Source: Acidimicrobiaceae bacterium
GTDB lineage: Bacteria; Actinomycetota; Acidimicrobiia; Acidimicrobiales; Ilumatobacteraceae
Reading direction: 5' to 3'
Length of the DNA stretch: 64,000 nt
Assembly: GCA_947446815.1 (NCBI GenBank)
Contig: CANFGT010000008.1
Span: 44,160 to 108,159, forward strand
Position 1 is the stretch's first letter, and each line of letters starts with the position of its first letter. This document shows, piece by piece, positions 44,726 to 54,108 of this stretch. The position numbers and the translations under genes were made by a program. The notes beneath the pieces were generated by a model, which saw nothing but the letters and a program-made list of their open reading frames with translations, ran no database searches and was not told the origin of the DNA.

Positions 44726-45477
44726 GGCGGGATGAGGTGTTTTGCAAACTCCTCCGCATGACTATTAGGAGCGCCATGTCCTGCGCCCTCGATCAATACC
44801 GAGCGCCCGTGCGGTAGATGCTCCCCCAGCCAGAGTGCTCCTTTTTGATGATGTTCAAGGCCCTTTGATCCGTAGCCACACAACACGGGACACTGAATGT
44901 CTTCTGCTAGCCAAGGAGCCTCCAGTCGTATGGACTGCAACTCGTTTGTCAACGCTGGACCTTCTCGGCGCCTCTCAGCCTTCGTCCGATCGGGCAAATC
45001 ATTCCATCGGCGATCACCAATCAGTCGAATCATGAAGGCTTCTGCCGCATCTTCCTGTGACACCTGAAGGCTTGCCGCTCCTGCGGTGTGGCGTGGCCAC
45101 CATTCGAACCAAGACAACGGCGTTTCGTATGTAGACACTCCAGAGATCTGATCACCGAGTCGAGCGGCTGCTGCGAGAGCAATATTGCCTCCGAAACTAT
45201 GACCGACGAGTACCGCTGGCCGGCCGGCCAAAATCTGCACGACGTCATCAGTGTTTCCAGGAACCGTAAAAGGCCCATTGTGACCAACATTTGATGCATA
45301 ACCACGGCGGTCAAATCGAATGACACGCGCCCATTTCTGGATATGGCGGGAAATGCGCAACATGCCCGCACCTCTATCGAGAGAACCATGAATCATCATC
45401 ACAACCGGGCCTGTCTCGAGACCTTCTTCCACATAGTGGAGCCCGTCGACAGTCGAATGATGTAAGCCTGCCGACAT
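44686..45477 (-). CDS. alpha/beta hydrolase
   Basis: VVMMIHGSLDRGAG, the nucleophile elbow VGHSFGG, and EGAGHGAP. Confidence 0.75.
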   Translation of the reverse strand: MSAGLHHSTVDGLHYVEEGLETGPVVMMIHGSLDRGAGMLRISRHIQKWARVIRFDRRGYASNVGHNGPFTVPGNTDDVVQILAGRPAVLVGHSFGGNIALAAAARLGDQISGVSTYETPLSWFEWWPRHTAGAASLQVSQEDAAEAFMIRLIGDRRWNDLPDRTKAERRREGPALTNELQSIRLEAPWLAEDIQCPVLCGYGSKGLEHHQKGALWLGEHLPHGRSVLIEGAGHGAPNSHAEEFAKHLIPPHFESDGTLRVMS

Positions 45478-45497
45478 CGCTTTATCATTTCACATCA

Positions 45498-46112
45498 GTG
45501 GAACTGATACTTGTACGACACGCCCTACCAATACGACGCGAAGTTCTCGATGGACCCGCCGACCCTGAGTTGTCCGTTGATGGTCACGCTCAAGCACAGC
45601 ACTTTGCTGAATACATGGCGCTCGAACATATCGACGTCTTGTACACCAGTCCTATGAAGCGAGCGATGCAAACGGCAGATCCACTCGCACGTTTAAAAGG
45701 CATGACTCCCATCGTCGTTGACGGAGTTGCCGAATACGACCAACACTCGAATGAGTACATTCCGGTGGAAGAACTTAAAGCAACGAATGATCCACGTTGG
45801 CAAGAAATGGTCGCTGGTGGTTTTGGGTCCGATGAGCCACCGGCAGAATTCACAGCTCGAGTCAATGAATCTTTGAACCAAATCATTAAAGACAACAGAG
45901 GTAATCGTGTTGTGGTTACCTGCCATGGCGGAGTCATCAACGAATTTCTCTCGAAGGTCCTTGGTCTAGAGAGTGGTCAGTTCTTCTATCCGAACTACAC
46001 ATCTATTCATCGCATTGCTGCTTCATCATCTGGTCACCGAAGCATCCTTTCTGTTAACGAGACTTCTCACTTGCGCGGTACTGGTCTTCCTGTCGGTCTC
46101 TTTCATGGCTGA
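45498..46112 (+). CDS. histidine phosphatase (phosphoglycerate mutase-like) family protein
   Basis: ELILVRHALP (RH motif), YTSPMKRAMQTA and VVTCHGGVI. GTG start. Confidence 0.8.
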   Translation: MELILVRHALPIRREVLDGPADPELSVDGHAQAQHFAEYMALEHIDVLYTSPMKRAMQTADPLARLKGMTPIVVDGVAEYDQHSNEYIPVEELKATNDPRWQEMVAGGFGSDEPPAEFTARVNESLNQIIKDNRGNRVVVTCHGGVINEFLSKVLGLESGQFFYPNYTSIHRIAASSSGHRSILSVNETSHLRGTGLPVGLFHG

Positions 46113-47337
46113 GTCCTCAGTTGCTTCTCTTCTGAAGTGGATTGAAGAATCCCCCACTCCATTCCACGTGGTCAACACCACGAAGAGTCGCCTAGAAGCA
46201 CAAGGTTTTAAGGAACAAGAATTTCTTGGCGAGGATATTCATCGCAAGGGATTTCTTATTCAGGACGGTGCTGTTGTTGCTTGGTCCTTAGGTGATGCAG
46301 GAGCTCCACTTCGCATCATTGGTGCGCATACCGACTCACCCAATCTTCGTGTGCAACCGAATCCGGATATCTCTGTATCTGGCTGGTCACAATTAGGCAT
46401 CGAGATATACGGCGGGGTTCTTTTGAACTCCTGGTTAGATCGTGACCTAGGCATTGCTGGACGCGTCGTCTGCGCCGATGGTTCCATTGAACTTTTCAAT
46501 GAGTCCTCAGCCATTGCTCGTGTTCCACAATTGGCCATTCACCTCGATAGAGAAATTAGTGAACGAGGATTGCTCCTCGATAAACATCTCCATACCGTCC
46601 CTGTGTGGGGTACTAATGCTCCAAGCTTTGCATCCTGGTTGCAACACACCACTAAACGAGACGACATCATTGCCTACGACGCACATCTGTTCGATGTCGC
46701 TCCAGGTTCACTTCTTGGTGTTGACCAGTCACTCATTGCAAGTGCACGCCTTGACAACCAGTTGTCATGTTGGGCCGGCATTGAGGCACTCATTAACGCG
46801 GATAGCGAATTCAATTCAATCATTGTTCTGAACGACCACGAAGAGGTTGGATCCGAGAGCGTCACCGGTGCTGCTGGACCATTGTTGGAAGTAGTGATTC
46901 GCCGTATTTTTGAGATTCAGGGTGTAGCCGAAAAGTCACGTCATGATCTTGCGAGAGAATCATGGTGTTTGTCTGCCGATAATGCTCATGCTGTTCACCC
47001 GAACTACCAGGAACGACATGATCCTCGCCATGGTCCCCGCGTCAATGGCGGACCTGCACTCAAATTGAATGGCAACCAGCGATACGCCACTACAGCGCGC
47101 GGTGCAGCACATCTTCGTTCGATTGCTAAAGAAGCGTCGACACCACTTCAAACGTTCGTCAGTCGTAACAACATGCCATGTGGTTCCACCATTGGTCCGA
47201 TCACATCAACCCGTCTCGGTATTGAGGCGATTGATATCGGAGTACCACAACTATCTATGCACTCTGCACGTGAGATGTGTGGCGCGCAAGACCCGCAATA
47301 TCTTGTTGCTCTAATGACGCAGTTTTTACAGCGTTAG
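46105..47337 (+). CDS. M18-family aspartyl aminopeptidase
   Basis: SPTPFHVV...IIGAHTDSPNLRV...DHEEVGSES...SADNAHAVHPNY...GSTIGP...IDIGVPQLSMHS. ATG 46105 overlaps the upstream stop by 8 nt. The ORF opens at 45973. Confidence 0.8.
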   Translation: MAESSVASLLKWIEESPTPFHVVNTTKSRLEAQGFKEQEFLGEDIHRKGFLIQDGAVVAWSLGDAGAPLRIIGAHTDSPNLRVQPNPDISVSGWSQLGIEIYGGVLLNSWLDRDLGIAGRVVCADGSIELFNESSAIARVPQLAIHLDREISERGLLLDKHLHTVPVWGTNAPSFASWLQHTTKRDDIIAYDAHLFDVAPGSLLGVDQSLIASARLDNQLSCWAGIEALINADSEFNSIIVLNDHEEVGSESVTGAAGPLLEVVIRRIFEIQGVAEKSRHDLARESWCLSADNAHAVHPNYQERHDPRHGPRVNGGPALKLNGNQRYATTARGAAHLRSIAKEASTPLQTFVSRNNMPCGSTIGPITSTRLGIEAIDIGVPQLSMHSAREMCGAQDPQYLVALMTQFLQR

Positions 47338-48023
47338 TGCTTATTCGGCGTGCCCGCAAGTTGCTGAGCCTCGTCAAACAGTCGTTGTAACTCTTTGAAG
47401 AGTTGTTCCGTCACGTCCTTGACTGCAGAACGCGGAATGCGGCCGGTTTCATCTGCTTTTGCCACAATCGGTTCTCCGACAACGAGCACACACTTACGCG
47501 GATAAATCATCTTTGAACCCTTTGGCATGACTCCTTCGGAGCCTCCGATGCCGACGGGAATAATCGGCACGCCAGCTTTGACCGCAACATATGCCGCCCC
47601 GTCAAAGAGGGGCTGCACTGTTGGACCAGATTGGCGAGTGCCCTCGGGGAAGAGCACAAGAGGTTCACCAGACTCAAGAACTGCAATGCAACGCTTCAAT
47701 GCTTCGCGGTCTGCAGAACCGCGAGTCACTGGGAATGCACCCAAAGAAGAGATGATCCATCCAATCGGCTTGATTTTCCAGATGGAATCTTTCCCCATGA
47801 AACGCATTCGGCGGGATGTGACTGCCGCTGCCAACGGCGTATCGATATTTGACCGATGGATAGGTGCAAGCAGGAAAGCACCGGATTTTGGAACGTTATG
47901 TTTACCAACGATTCGTGCGCGTGTATATCCGACACTGATAGCGACGACAAGTCCACGAATGAGTGTGTAAAAGGTCCGACTCAGTAGAGAAGTGCCCGCC
48001 ATGTGTGTTTCGACGTCAGCCAT
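47334..48023 (-). CDS. plsC: 1-acyl-sn-glycerol-3-phosphate acyltransferase
   Basis: H-x4-D box (APIHRSNIDTP) and the LVLFPEGTR box. Confidence 0.8.
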   Translation of the reverse strand: MADVETHMAGTSLLSRTFYTLIRGLVVAISVGYTRARIVGKHNVPKSGAFLLAPIHRSNIDTPLAAAVTSRRMRFMGKDSIWKIKPIGWIISSLGAFPVTRGSADREALKRCIAVLESGEPLVLFPEGTRQSGPTVQPLFDGAAYVAVKAGVPIIPVGIGGSEGVMPKGSKMIYPRKCVLVVGEPIVAKADETGRIPRSAVKDVTEQLFKELQRLFDEAQQLAGTPNKH

Positions 48024-48026
48024 GAC

Positions 48027-48668
48027 CTACCTCTTCGTACTTTCGTAGTGCCCAACGATGATCGAAACTACTTGAGAAATATCAAGGCCTGTGGAGTCAA
48101 CGATGATTGCATCAGAAGCGGGGCGAAGAGGCGAATCTGTGCGTTCAGAGTCGATGCGATCTCGCTGTTCGATATTGGCCGCAACTGTCACAACATCACC
48201 CCCGCTTTGTCCAACCCGTCGCACTGCTCGCTCTTCCGGCGAGGCCGTTAGAAAAATTTTTACAGAAGCATCGGGGAAAACAACAGTGCCGATATCGCGT
48301 CCTTCGACTACTCCTCCACCATGAGACTCAATCCAGCGCTGTTGCTGATGACGCATCGCCGTGCGTACTGGTGTGTGAGCCGCAATCAGGCTGACAATGG
48401 CGGCAACCTCTGAGGACCTTATGAGATCCGAGACGTCTTCACCATTCAACAAAGATCGAGATCCATCAACAGAGATGATGACATTCTCCGCGATAGTGCC
48501 AACCTGCAACTGATCAGAGGGCTCAACTGAATCTCTCATCGTTTGAAGAGCTACACATCGATACATAGCCCCAGTGTCGAGATATGGAAGCCCAGATGCT
48601 TCTGCCACCAATTTTGCAACGGTTGATTTTCCCGCACCGGCAGGTCCGTCTATGGCAATGACTGCCAA
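48027..48668 (-). CDS. cmk: cytidylate kinase
   Basis: IAIDGPAGAGKSTVAKL (P-loop), YLDTGAMYR and EGRDIGTVVFP. Confidence 0.9.
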   Translation of the reverse strand: MAVIAIDGPAGAGKSTVAKLVAEASGLPYLDTGAMYRCVALQTMRDSVEPSDQLQVGTIAENVIISVDGSRSLLNGEDVSDLIRSSEVAAIVSLIAAHTPVRTAMRHQQQRWIESHGGGVVEGRDIGTVVFPDASVKIFLTASPEERAVRRVGQSGGDVVTVAANIEQRDRIDSERTDSPLRPASDAIIVDSTGLDISQVVSIIVGHYESTKR

Positions 48669-48671
48669 GAT

Positions 48672-50108
48672 CTACCAGCTTGTGCCAAGAGGACGACCTT
48701 CGTCGTACCCTGCCGAACTCTGCACTCCGACGACTGCACGGTCATGGAACTCTTCCAGACTGGCTGCGCCGGCATATGTGCACGAAGAACGAAGACCGGC
48801 AACGATCTGATCGATGATGTCCTCCACGCCCGGACGTTGAGAATCGAGATACATACGCGAAGAGCTGATTCCTTCTTCGAAAAGTTCCTTCTTCGCACGT
48901 TCAAAAGCTGTCTCTGTACGCGTGCGATTCTTCACAGCGCGATTAGACGCCATGCCGAAGCTTTCCTTATACAAACGACCTTCTGTATCACGAAGGGTGT
49001 CTGCTGCAGATTCGTATGTGCCTGCTAACCATGAACCGAACATGACACTGGAAGCACCTGCAGCGACAGCAAGGGCAACGTCTCGTGGATAACGAACTCC
49101 GCCGTCAGCCCACACGTGTTTACCCATCGAGCGAGCAACCTCTGCACTCTCTAGTACCGCAGAGAATTGCGGACGACCGACACCGGTCATCATTCGAGTA
49201 GTGCACATTGCACCAGGCCCAACGCCCACTTTGATGATGTCGGCACCGGCATTGATGAGATCACGCGTTCCGTCTCGTGTAACGACGTTTCCAGCAACAA
49301 TCGGAACACCGGGTGCTGCTCCACGAACTGCTTCAATCGCTCGAATCATTGAAGCCTGATGGCCATGAGCTGTGTCAATCACGAGAACATCGACGCCGAG
49401 TGCGACAAGATCGCGCGCGCGTTGCGCAGGGTCGCCATTGATACCTACTGCAACAGATGTAAGAAACTCTCCGCTCGAATTCAACGCAGGCTTGTAAATC
49501 GTTGAGCGCAGTGCGCCCTTTCGAGTTATCGCACCGACCAAGACACCATTGCCGTCAATTACTGGCGCAAAAGACAATCTTTGTTCGACCAGTGCATCAT
49601 GGATATCTGATACGGATTGGTTGTCACGGAAGCAGACCATGTCCAAGTTCATGACGTTCTTCAACTGAGTGAATCGGTCAAAACCCGATGCATCATGCTC
49701 TGTAAAAATGCCAAGAGGTCGATTCTCTGCATCAACGACGATGACGGCCCCATGCGAACGCTTGTGAATCAAGCTGATGGCTTCTCCCAAGGTGTCTTCT
49801 GGAGCCAGTGTGATGGGAGTCTCGAATATTGGGTGACGTGTCTTGACGTGACGCACCACTGTTTCGATGATGTCGAGAGGAATGTCTTGGGGGAGAACCA
49901 CAAGTCCTCCGCGTCGTGCCACGGTCTCGGCCATTCGGCGTCCTGCCACTGCGGTCATATTTGAAACCACAATGGGGATGTTCGTTCCGATCTGGTCGGC
50001 TGTGCTGAGGTCGACATCGAGCCTGGATGCAACGTTCGACATGGACGGAACCATGAAGACATCGTTATATGTCAGGTCGTGCGCGGGGGTCTGCTGTAGG
50101 AAGCGCAT
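48672..50108 (-). CDS. GuaB1-type IMP dehydrogenase-family protein (probable GMP reductase type)
   Basis: LTYNDVFMVP, tandem CBS region, VIDTAHGH, catalytic loop GVGPGAMCTTR and WADGGVRYPRD. 478 aa. Confidence 0.8.
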   Translation of the reverse strand: MRFLQQTPAHDLTYNDVFMVPSMSNVASRLDVDLSTADQIGTNIPIVVSNMTAVAGRRMAETVARRGGLVVLPQDIPLDIIETVVRHVKTRHPIFETPITLAPEDTLGEAISLIHKRSHGAVIVVDAENRPLGIFTEHDASGFDRFTQLKNVMNLDMVCFRDNQSVSDIHDALVEQRLSFAPVIDGNGVLVGAITRKGALRSTIYKPALNSSGEFLTSVAVGINGDPAQRARDLVALGVDVLVIDTAHGHQASMIRAIEAVRGAAPGVPIVAGNVVTRDGTRDLINAGADIIKVGVGPGAMCTTRMMTGVGRPQFSAVLESAEVARSMGKHVWADGGVRYPRDVALAVAAGASSVMFGSWLAGTYESAADTLRDTEGRLYKESFGMASNRAVKNRTRTETAFERAKKELFEEGISSSRMYLDSQRPGVEDIIDQIVAGLRSSCTYAGAASLEEFHDRAVVGVQSSAGYDEGRPLGTSW

Positions 50109-50135
50109 AGGGCGTCACGAGACTACCCTTTCCGC

Positions 50136-50831
50136 ATGAGCTCATCCGAGAACAATCCTGTCGTCCTTGTCCATGGCTGGGCCGGGAACTTCCGTGATAC
50201 ATGGCAAAAGCCTGGAATAGATGCTTTGTTGGACGACATCGGGCGCAAGGTGCTGCCATTCAACCTCCTTGGCCATGCTGACCAGGACAAGCCCACAGAC
50301 CCCTCCGCCTATGCCGAACTCCCCCAGTGGTTTTTAGATCACCTTCCGTCCGAGGCTCCTGTTATTGATGCTGTGGGATTCTCCCTTGGTGCACTCACCA
50401 TTTTGAGAGCCTTGATCCAGGAGCCACAACGCTTCGGGAAAGTCATATTGGCTGGCATCGGCGATGGTGTTTTTACGAAATCAGCTCCTGATGCAAACAA
50501 GAGAATTATCGATGCACTTGAAGGAAATGCTCCCGAGGAAGACGAGCTCGGTCGCATGTTTGCTCACTATGGCAACCAACCAGGAAATGACTTAGCTGCG
50601 TTGACTGCAATCATGAAGCGTCCACCGTCGGATCCAGTGGATCCAATGTCACTTGCCGCCATCACAAATGAAGTTCTGGTTGTCATCGGCGAAAAAGACT
50701 TCACATTCCCTGCTGAGAAGCTTGCTGCTGCTTTCCCTAATGGTCGTCTTGTTGTTTTGAAGAACATTGACCACTTTGCAACTCCGGAGTCCTTCTTGTT
50801 CATTGACCAGATTCTTGATTTCTTCGCATGA
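50136..50831 (+). CDS. alpha/beta hydrolase
   Basis: VVLVHGWAGN, the nucleophile elbow VGFSLGA, and NIDHF. Confidence 0.75.
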   Translation: MSSSENNPVVLVHGWAGNFRDTWQKPGIDALLDDIGRKVLPFNLLGHADQDKPTDPSAYAELPQWFLDHLPSEAPVIDAVGFSLGALTILRALIQEPQRFGKVILAGIGDGVFTKSAPDANKRIIDALEGNAPEEDELGRMFAHYGNQPGNDLAALTAIMKRPPSDPVDPMSLAAITNEVLVVIGEKDFTFPAEKLAAAFPNGRLVVLKNIDHFATPESFLFIDQILDFFA

Positions 50832-51742
50832 CCTCTGTTGGCATTACCTCTGATGTCTCCCAAGCAGCCGCAATCCTGCTGAAGGGTGGCATTGTTGGCA
50901 TGCCGACAGAGACTGTCTATGGTCTTGCAGCACTCGCTCGTAACGAGAAGGCCGTACATCGAGTGTTCGATACGAAGGGCCGACCTCGCAATCATCCCCT
51001 CATCGTTCATCTCGCTCCAGACAGCGATCTGCATCGTTGGGGAATCCTCGATGAAACCGCAATGAAACTGGCAAACGCCTTTTGGCCAGGACCGTTGACG
51101 TTGCTAGTGCCGCGTACTTCTCTGGTCCCCGATTGGGTGACGGGTGGGCGCGACACGGTTGCTCTTCGAATTCCTAGCCATCCAGTTGCTCAGAATTTTC
51201 TAACAGCAGTGAACGATGGAGTCGTAGCGCCTTCTGCAAATAGATTTGGGAAAGTAAGCCCCACCACCGCACAACATGTACTTGATGATTTGGGTGACAG
51301 TGTGGATGTGATTCTTGATGGAGGACCCTGCAACGTTGGTGTTGAATCAACAATCGTGGAATGCACCACAACGTTTCAGTTGCTTCGACCAGGTGCAATT
51401 TCAGAAAATGAAGTCGCCCTTGCAACTGGTCGCATCCCAACGTCTATCTCTGGACCGTCACGCGCTCCTGGCATGTTGGAGTCCCATTACGCACCAGATG
51501 CAAAAGTTCTTTTGGTTGATTCCTTGCAAGAAGCAGAAGTCGTACGCCAGACGATTGACTCAACGAATTCTGTCTTCATATTGCACTTTGAGAATGTCTC
51601 AGAATACGCAGAACATCTGTATGACTCACTTAGGGCAGCGGACCAGCAAAAGGTTGCGATAGTGATCGCAGTGCGCCCTCAGCCCAATGGTATTGGCCTC
51701 GCAATCATTGATCGTCTGGCGAAGGCTGCAGCCACACGTTAA
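50828..51742 (+). CDS. L-threonylcarbamoyladenylate synthase (Sua5/YwlC type, with Sua5 C-terminal domain)
   Basis: LKGGIVGMPTETVYGLAA...KGRPRNHPLIVH...PGPLTLL...RIPSHP...APSANRFG. Start overlaps the upstream stop (ATGA). Confidence 0.85.
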   Translation: MTSVGITSDVSQAAAILLKGGIVGMPTETVYGLAALARNEKAVHRVFDTKGRPRNHPLIVHLAPDSDLHRWGILDETAMKLANAFWPGPLTLLVPRTSLVPDWVTGGRDTVALRIPSHPVAQNFLTAVNDGVVAPSANRFGKVSPTTAQHVLDDLGDSVDVILDGGPCNVGVESTIVECTTTFQLLRPGAISENEVALATGRIPTSISGPSRAPGMLESHYAPDAKVLLVDSLQEAEVVRQTIDSTNSVFILHFENVSEYAEHLYDSLRAADQQKVAIVIAVRPQPNGIGLAIIDRLAKAAATR

Positions 51743-52296
51743 GTGGGCCAATCAATGAGATTGAGTTGTTCGACGAGGTAATCGCGAACGTCTTCTAGAG
51801 CGGGTGCTTCAACACCTTGTGTCGAACCAACACTGAGATGCACCGTGGTTGCTCCAGCCTCAGGAACGCACTCACACCTACACCAGCCGTGATGAGACGA
51901 AGGCAAAGAAGAATCGTGAAGAAGAAACTCCAACAAATATGGTGGATCGTCATGGACGGTTGGCCCACATAACGCAGCAACAACCTCTAAAGCCATCCAG
52001 CACTCCACTGGCAAAACGTTCACAGTAAATGAAGATGCATCCCGACTCATTCGAGGTGCGGAGAAATTCAAGTGAACCTTGGGCGAATCCAGTTTTGTCG
52101 TGTCGGGCACATCGGCAAAATTCGGGTTCCACTCCAAGGCCATGGCTAAAGCCATATTGAGACGAATCATCGCCTCATTTGTTCCACCGGCATCGGGATG
52201 ATGCACGGTGCTCTTCATACGCCATGCCTGACGAATCTCCACAGGGGAAGATCCTTGTTGCACACCCAGCAACACGAAGGCATCATCAGGCGTCAT
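51739..52296 (-). CDS. J-domain protein with uncharacterised C-terminal domain
   Basis: DAFVLLGVQQGSSPVEIRQAWRMKSTVHHPDAGG carries the HPD tripeptide. The remaining 120 aa or so are unassigned. The 3' end overlaps the Sua5 stop by 4 nt (convergent). Confidence 0.65.
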   Translation of the reverse strand: MTPDDAFVLLGVQQGSSPVEIRQAWRMKSTVHHPDAGGTNEAMIRLNMALAMALEWNPNFADVPDTTKLDSPKVHLNFSAPRMSRDASSFTVNVLPVECWMALEVVAALCGPTVHDDPPYLLEFLLHDSSLPSSHHGWCRCECVPEAGATTVHLSVGSTQGVEAPALEDVRDYLVEQLNLIDWPT

Positions 52297-52302
52297 GAAT
52301 GA

Positions 52303-53106
52303 CTAACGGCCAATGAAATTGGGTGGACGCTTCTCAATGAATGCTGCAACACCTTCTTTGAAATCTTTTGTGCGGAAGAGTGGAAGCAACTGCAAGAACA
52401 CGTGGTGGACGTTTTGCTCAAAGGTTTCGGTTTCTGCTGCGCGCATCATTCGTTTGATTGCGCGAACAGCTAGCGGCGCGTTTGCTGCGATCTCGCCCGC
52501 CATCTCTTTGGCTGCATCCATTAACTGTTCCGCTGGAACTACTGAATTAACAAGACCCAGCTCGAGGCACTCTTGAGCAGGCAGTGTGCGTCCCGTAAAT
52601 GCAATCTCTGCGGCACGTGCGTAACCCACAATGCGCGGCAAAAGCCAAGTGCCACCACTTTCGGGGAGGATCCCACGCTTTGCGAAGCCGGGAGCCATCT
52701 TTGCGTTGTCCGCGGCAATACGGATGTCGCAGCCAAGGGCAATATCAAGTCCGTAGCCAGCAGCGCCACCATTCAGTGCGCAGATGACAGGAGTATCCAC
52801 ACCGTGCAGCACGATTGGCGGAGCTTCACGAATGTCAAATTCCACCATGTTCGCTTCGGTGTTATCGAGAACACCCAAAGATTCGGTCTTCCCGGCTTGA
52901 GATCCGAGGTCTAGACCCGCACAAAAGGCGCGACCAGCACCAGTCAAGATGATGCAACGCACATCGGGATTGGTGTCGGCTTCGAGAAGTTTTTTTGACA
53001 GCAGATCGAGCATCTGGCCGGAAATGGTGTTCATACGCCCGGGGGCGTTCAACGTGATAGTTCCGATGTGGTCGGAAATTTCTAGGAGGACTTCTTCGTT
53101 TGCCAT
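52303..53106 (-). CDS. enoyl-CoA hydratase/isomerase (crotonase) family protein
   Basis: IGTITLNAPGRMN...ILTGAGRAFCAGLDL...ICALNGGAAGYGLDIAL...FKEGVAAFIEKR. Confidence 0.85.
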   Translation of the reverse strand: MANEEVLLEISDHIGTITLNAPGRMNTISGQMLDLLSKKLLEADTNPDVRCIILTGAGRAFCAGLDLGSQAGKTESLGVLDNTEANMVEFDIREAPPIVLHGVDTPVICALNGGAAGYGLDIALGCDIRIAADNAKMAPGFAKRGILPESGGTWLLPRIVGYARAAEIAFTGRTLPAQECLELGLVNSVVPAEQLMDAAKEMAGEIAANAPLAVRAIKRMMRAAETETFEQNVHHVFLQLLPLFRTKDFKEGVAAFIEKRPPNFIGR

Positions 53107-53133
53107 GTGTGCAAACTAGCAACCCTGACTACG

Positions 53134-54033
53134 TCAGTAGGCAGGACCGGGGATAGCTGACTCCACCGCGTCTCGCGGGGCTACGACGAGATGGCACAGT
53201 GCCAAAAACATGCTCAGAGCACCAATGATGTGGGCACCAACGAGAACAACGGGGACACCGGTGAAGTACTGGGTGTACCCGATGCCTCCTTGCAGAATCG
53301 CAACAAGAATCAATGCAGTGACGGCATCGCGAATTTCGGCATCAAAGTTCTCTCTATGAATACGAACTGCCACGACAATAAGCAGTGCAATAAAAGTCAT
53401 CACCGAGAGGCTGTGAATGCGGGCAACAGATTGCAGAGCGAAACCAAATCGAATCGCATCTTCTGTCCCAGCATGTGGTCCCGTTGCAGTCACGATGGTG
53501 CCTGTCACTATCGAAATAATCCCCGCAGCAGTGCACGCCTTCACAAAGGTGTTCATGCGCTTCGGTAATTGACGGAAAAAAGAAACGGGGGCTTCTGTTC
53601 CACTACGCCGAAACAACATGAAGGCAGACGCAACCAGAACCATTGACACTAAAAAATGCGCCATGTTGGCGTACGGATTAAGCCCAGTGAGAACGACGAT
53701 GCCACCAATGACAATTTGCGCTGCAACTCCCCCCACAAGGCTCCACGAAAGCAGAACTAAATCCTTCCGACGGGGCCGACGCAAATGTGAGAGAAGGACT
53801 GCAGCAATCACACTGATGGAAACAAGTCCTGTGAATAACCGGTTGACCTGTTCGATGGTGGTGTGGCTAGACGAGACATCAACAAAGTGACTGCTGTTGC
53901 AGTTGGGCCAGTCGTTACACCCCAGCCCGGAATTGGTCAGGCGGACCAGTGCTCCCGTAAAGACAATGACGCAAAGGGACGACAACGCGACTCCACAGAC
54001 GATTCGGTAGGTCTTCCCAGATAACTGTGGCAC
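53134..54033 (-). CDS. ctaA: heme A synthase (COX15/CtaA)
   Basis: Polytopic membrane protein with N-terminal GLGCNDWPNC (CtaA Cys pair) and conserved His in TM segments (ARIHSL, MAHFLVS). Confidence 0.7.
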   Translation of the reverse strand: MPQLSGKTYRIVCGVALSSLCVIVFTGALVRLTNSGLGCNDWPNCNSSHFVDVSSSHTTIEQVNRLFTGLVSISVIAAVLLSHLRRPRRKDLVLLSWSLVGGVAAQIVIGGIVVLTGLNPYANMAHFLVSMVLVASAFMLFRRSGTEAPVSFFRQLPKRMNTFVKACTAAGIISIVTGTIVTATGPHAGTEDAIRFGFALQSVARIHSLSVMTFIALLIVVAVRIHRENFDAEIRDAVTALILVAILQGGIGYTQYFTGVPVVLVGAHIIGALSMFLALCHLVVAPRDAVESAIPGPAY

Positions 54034-54108
54034 GCCTTGAAGAGTATGCGTTCGTGTTGAAAGTCGCCACTTACTCCGACAGCGGTTCTAGTGGCTACGG
54101 TCACATAC

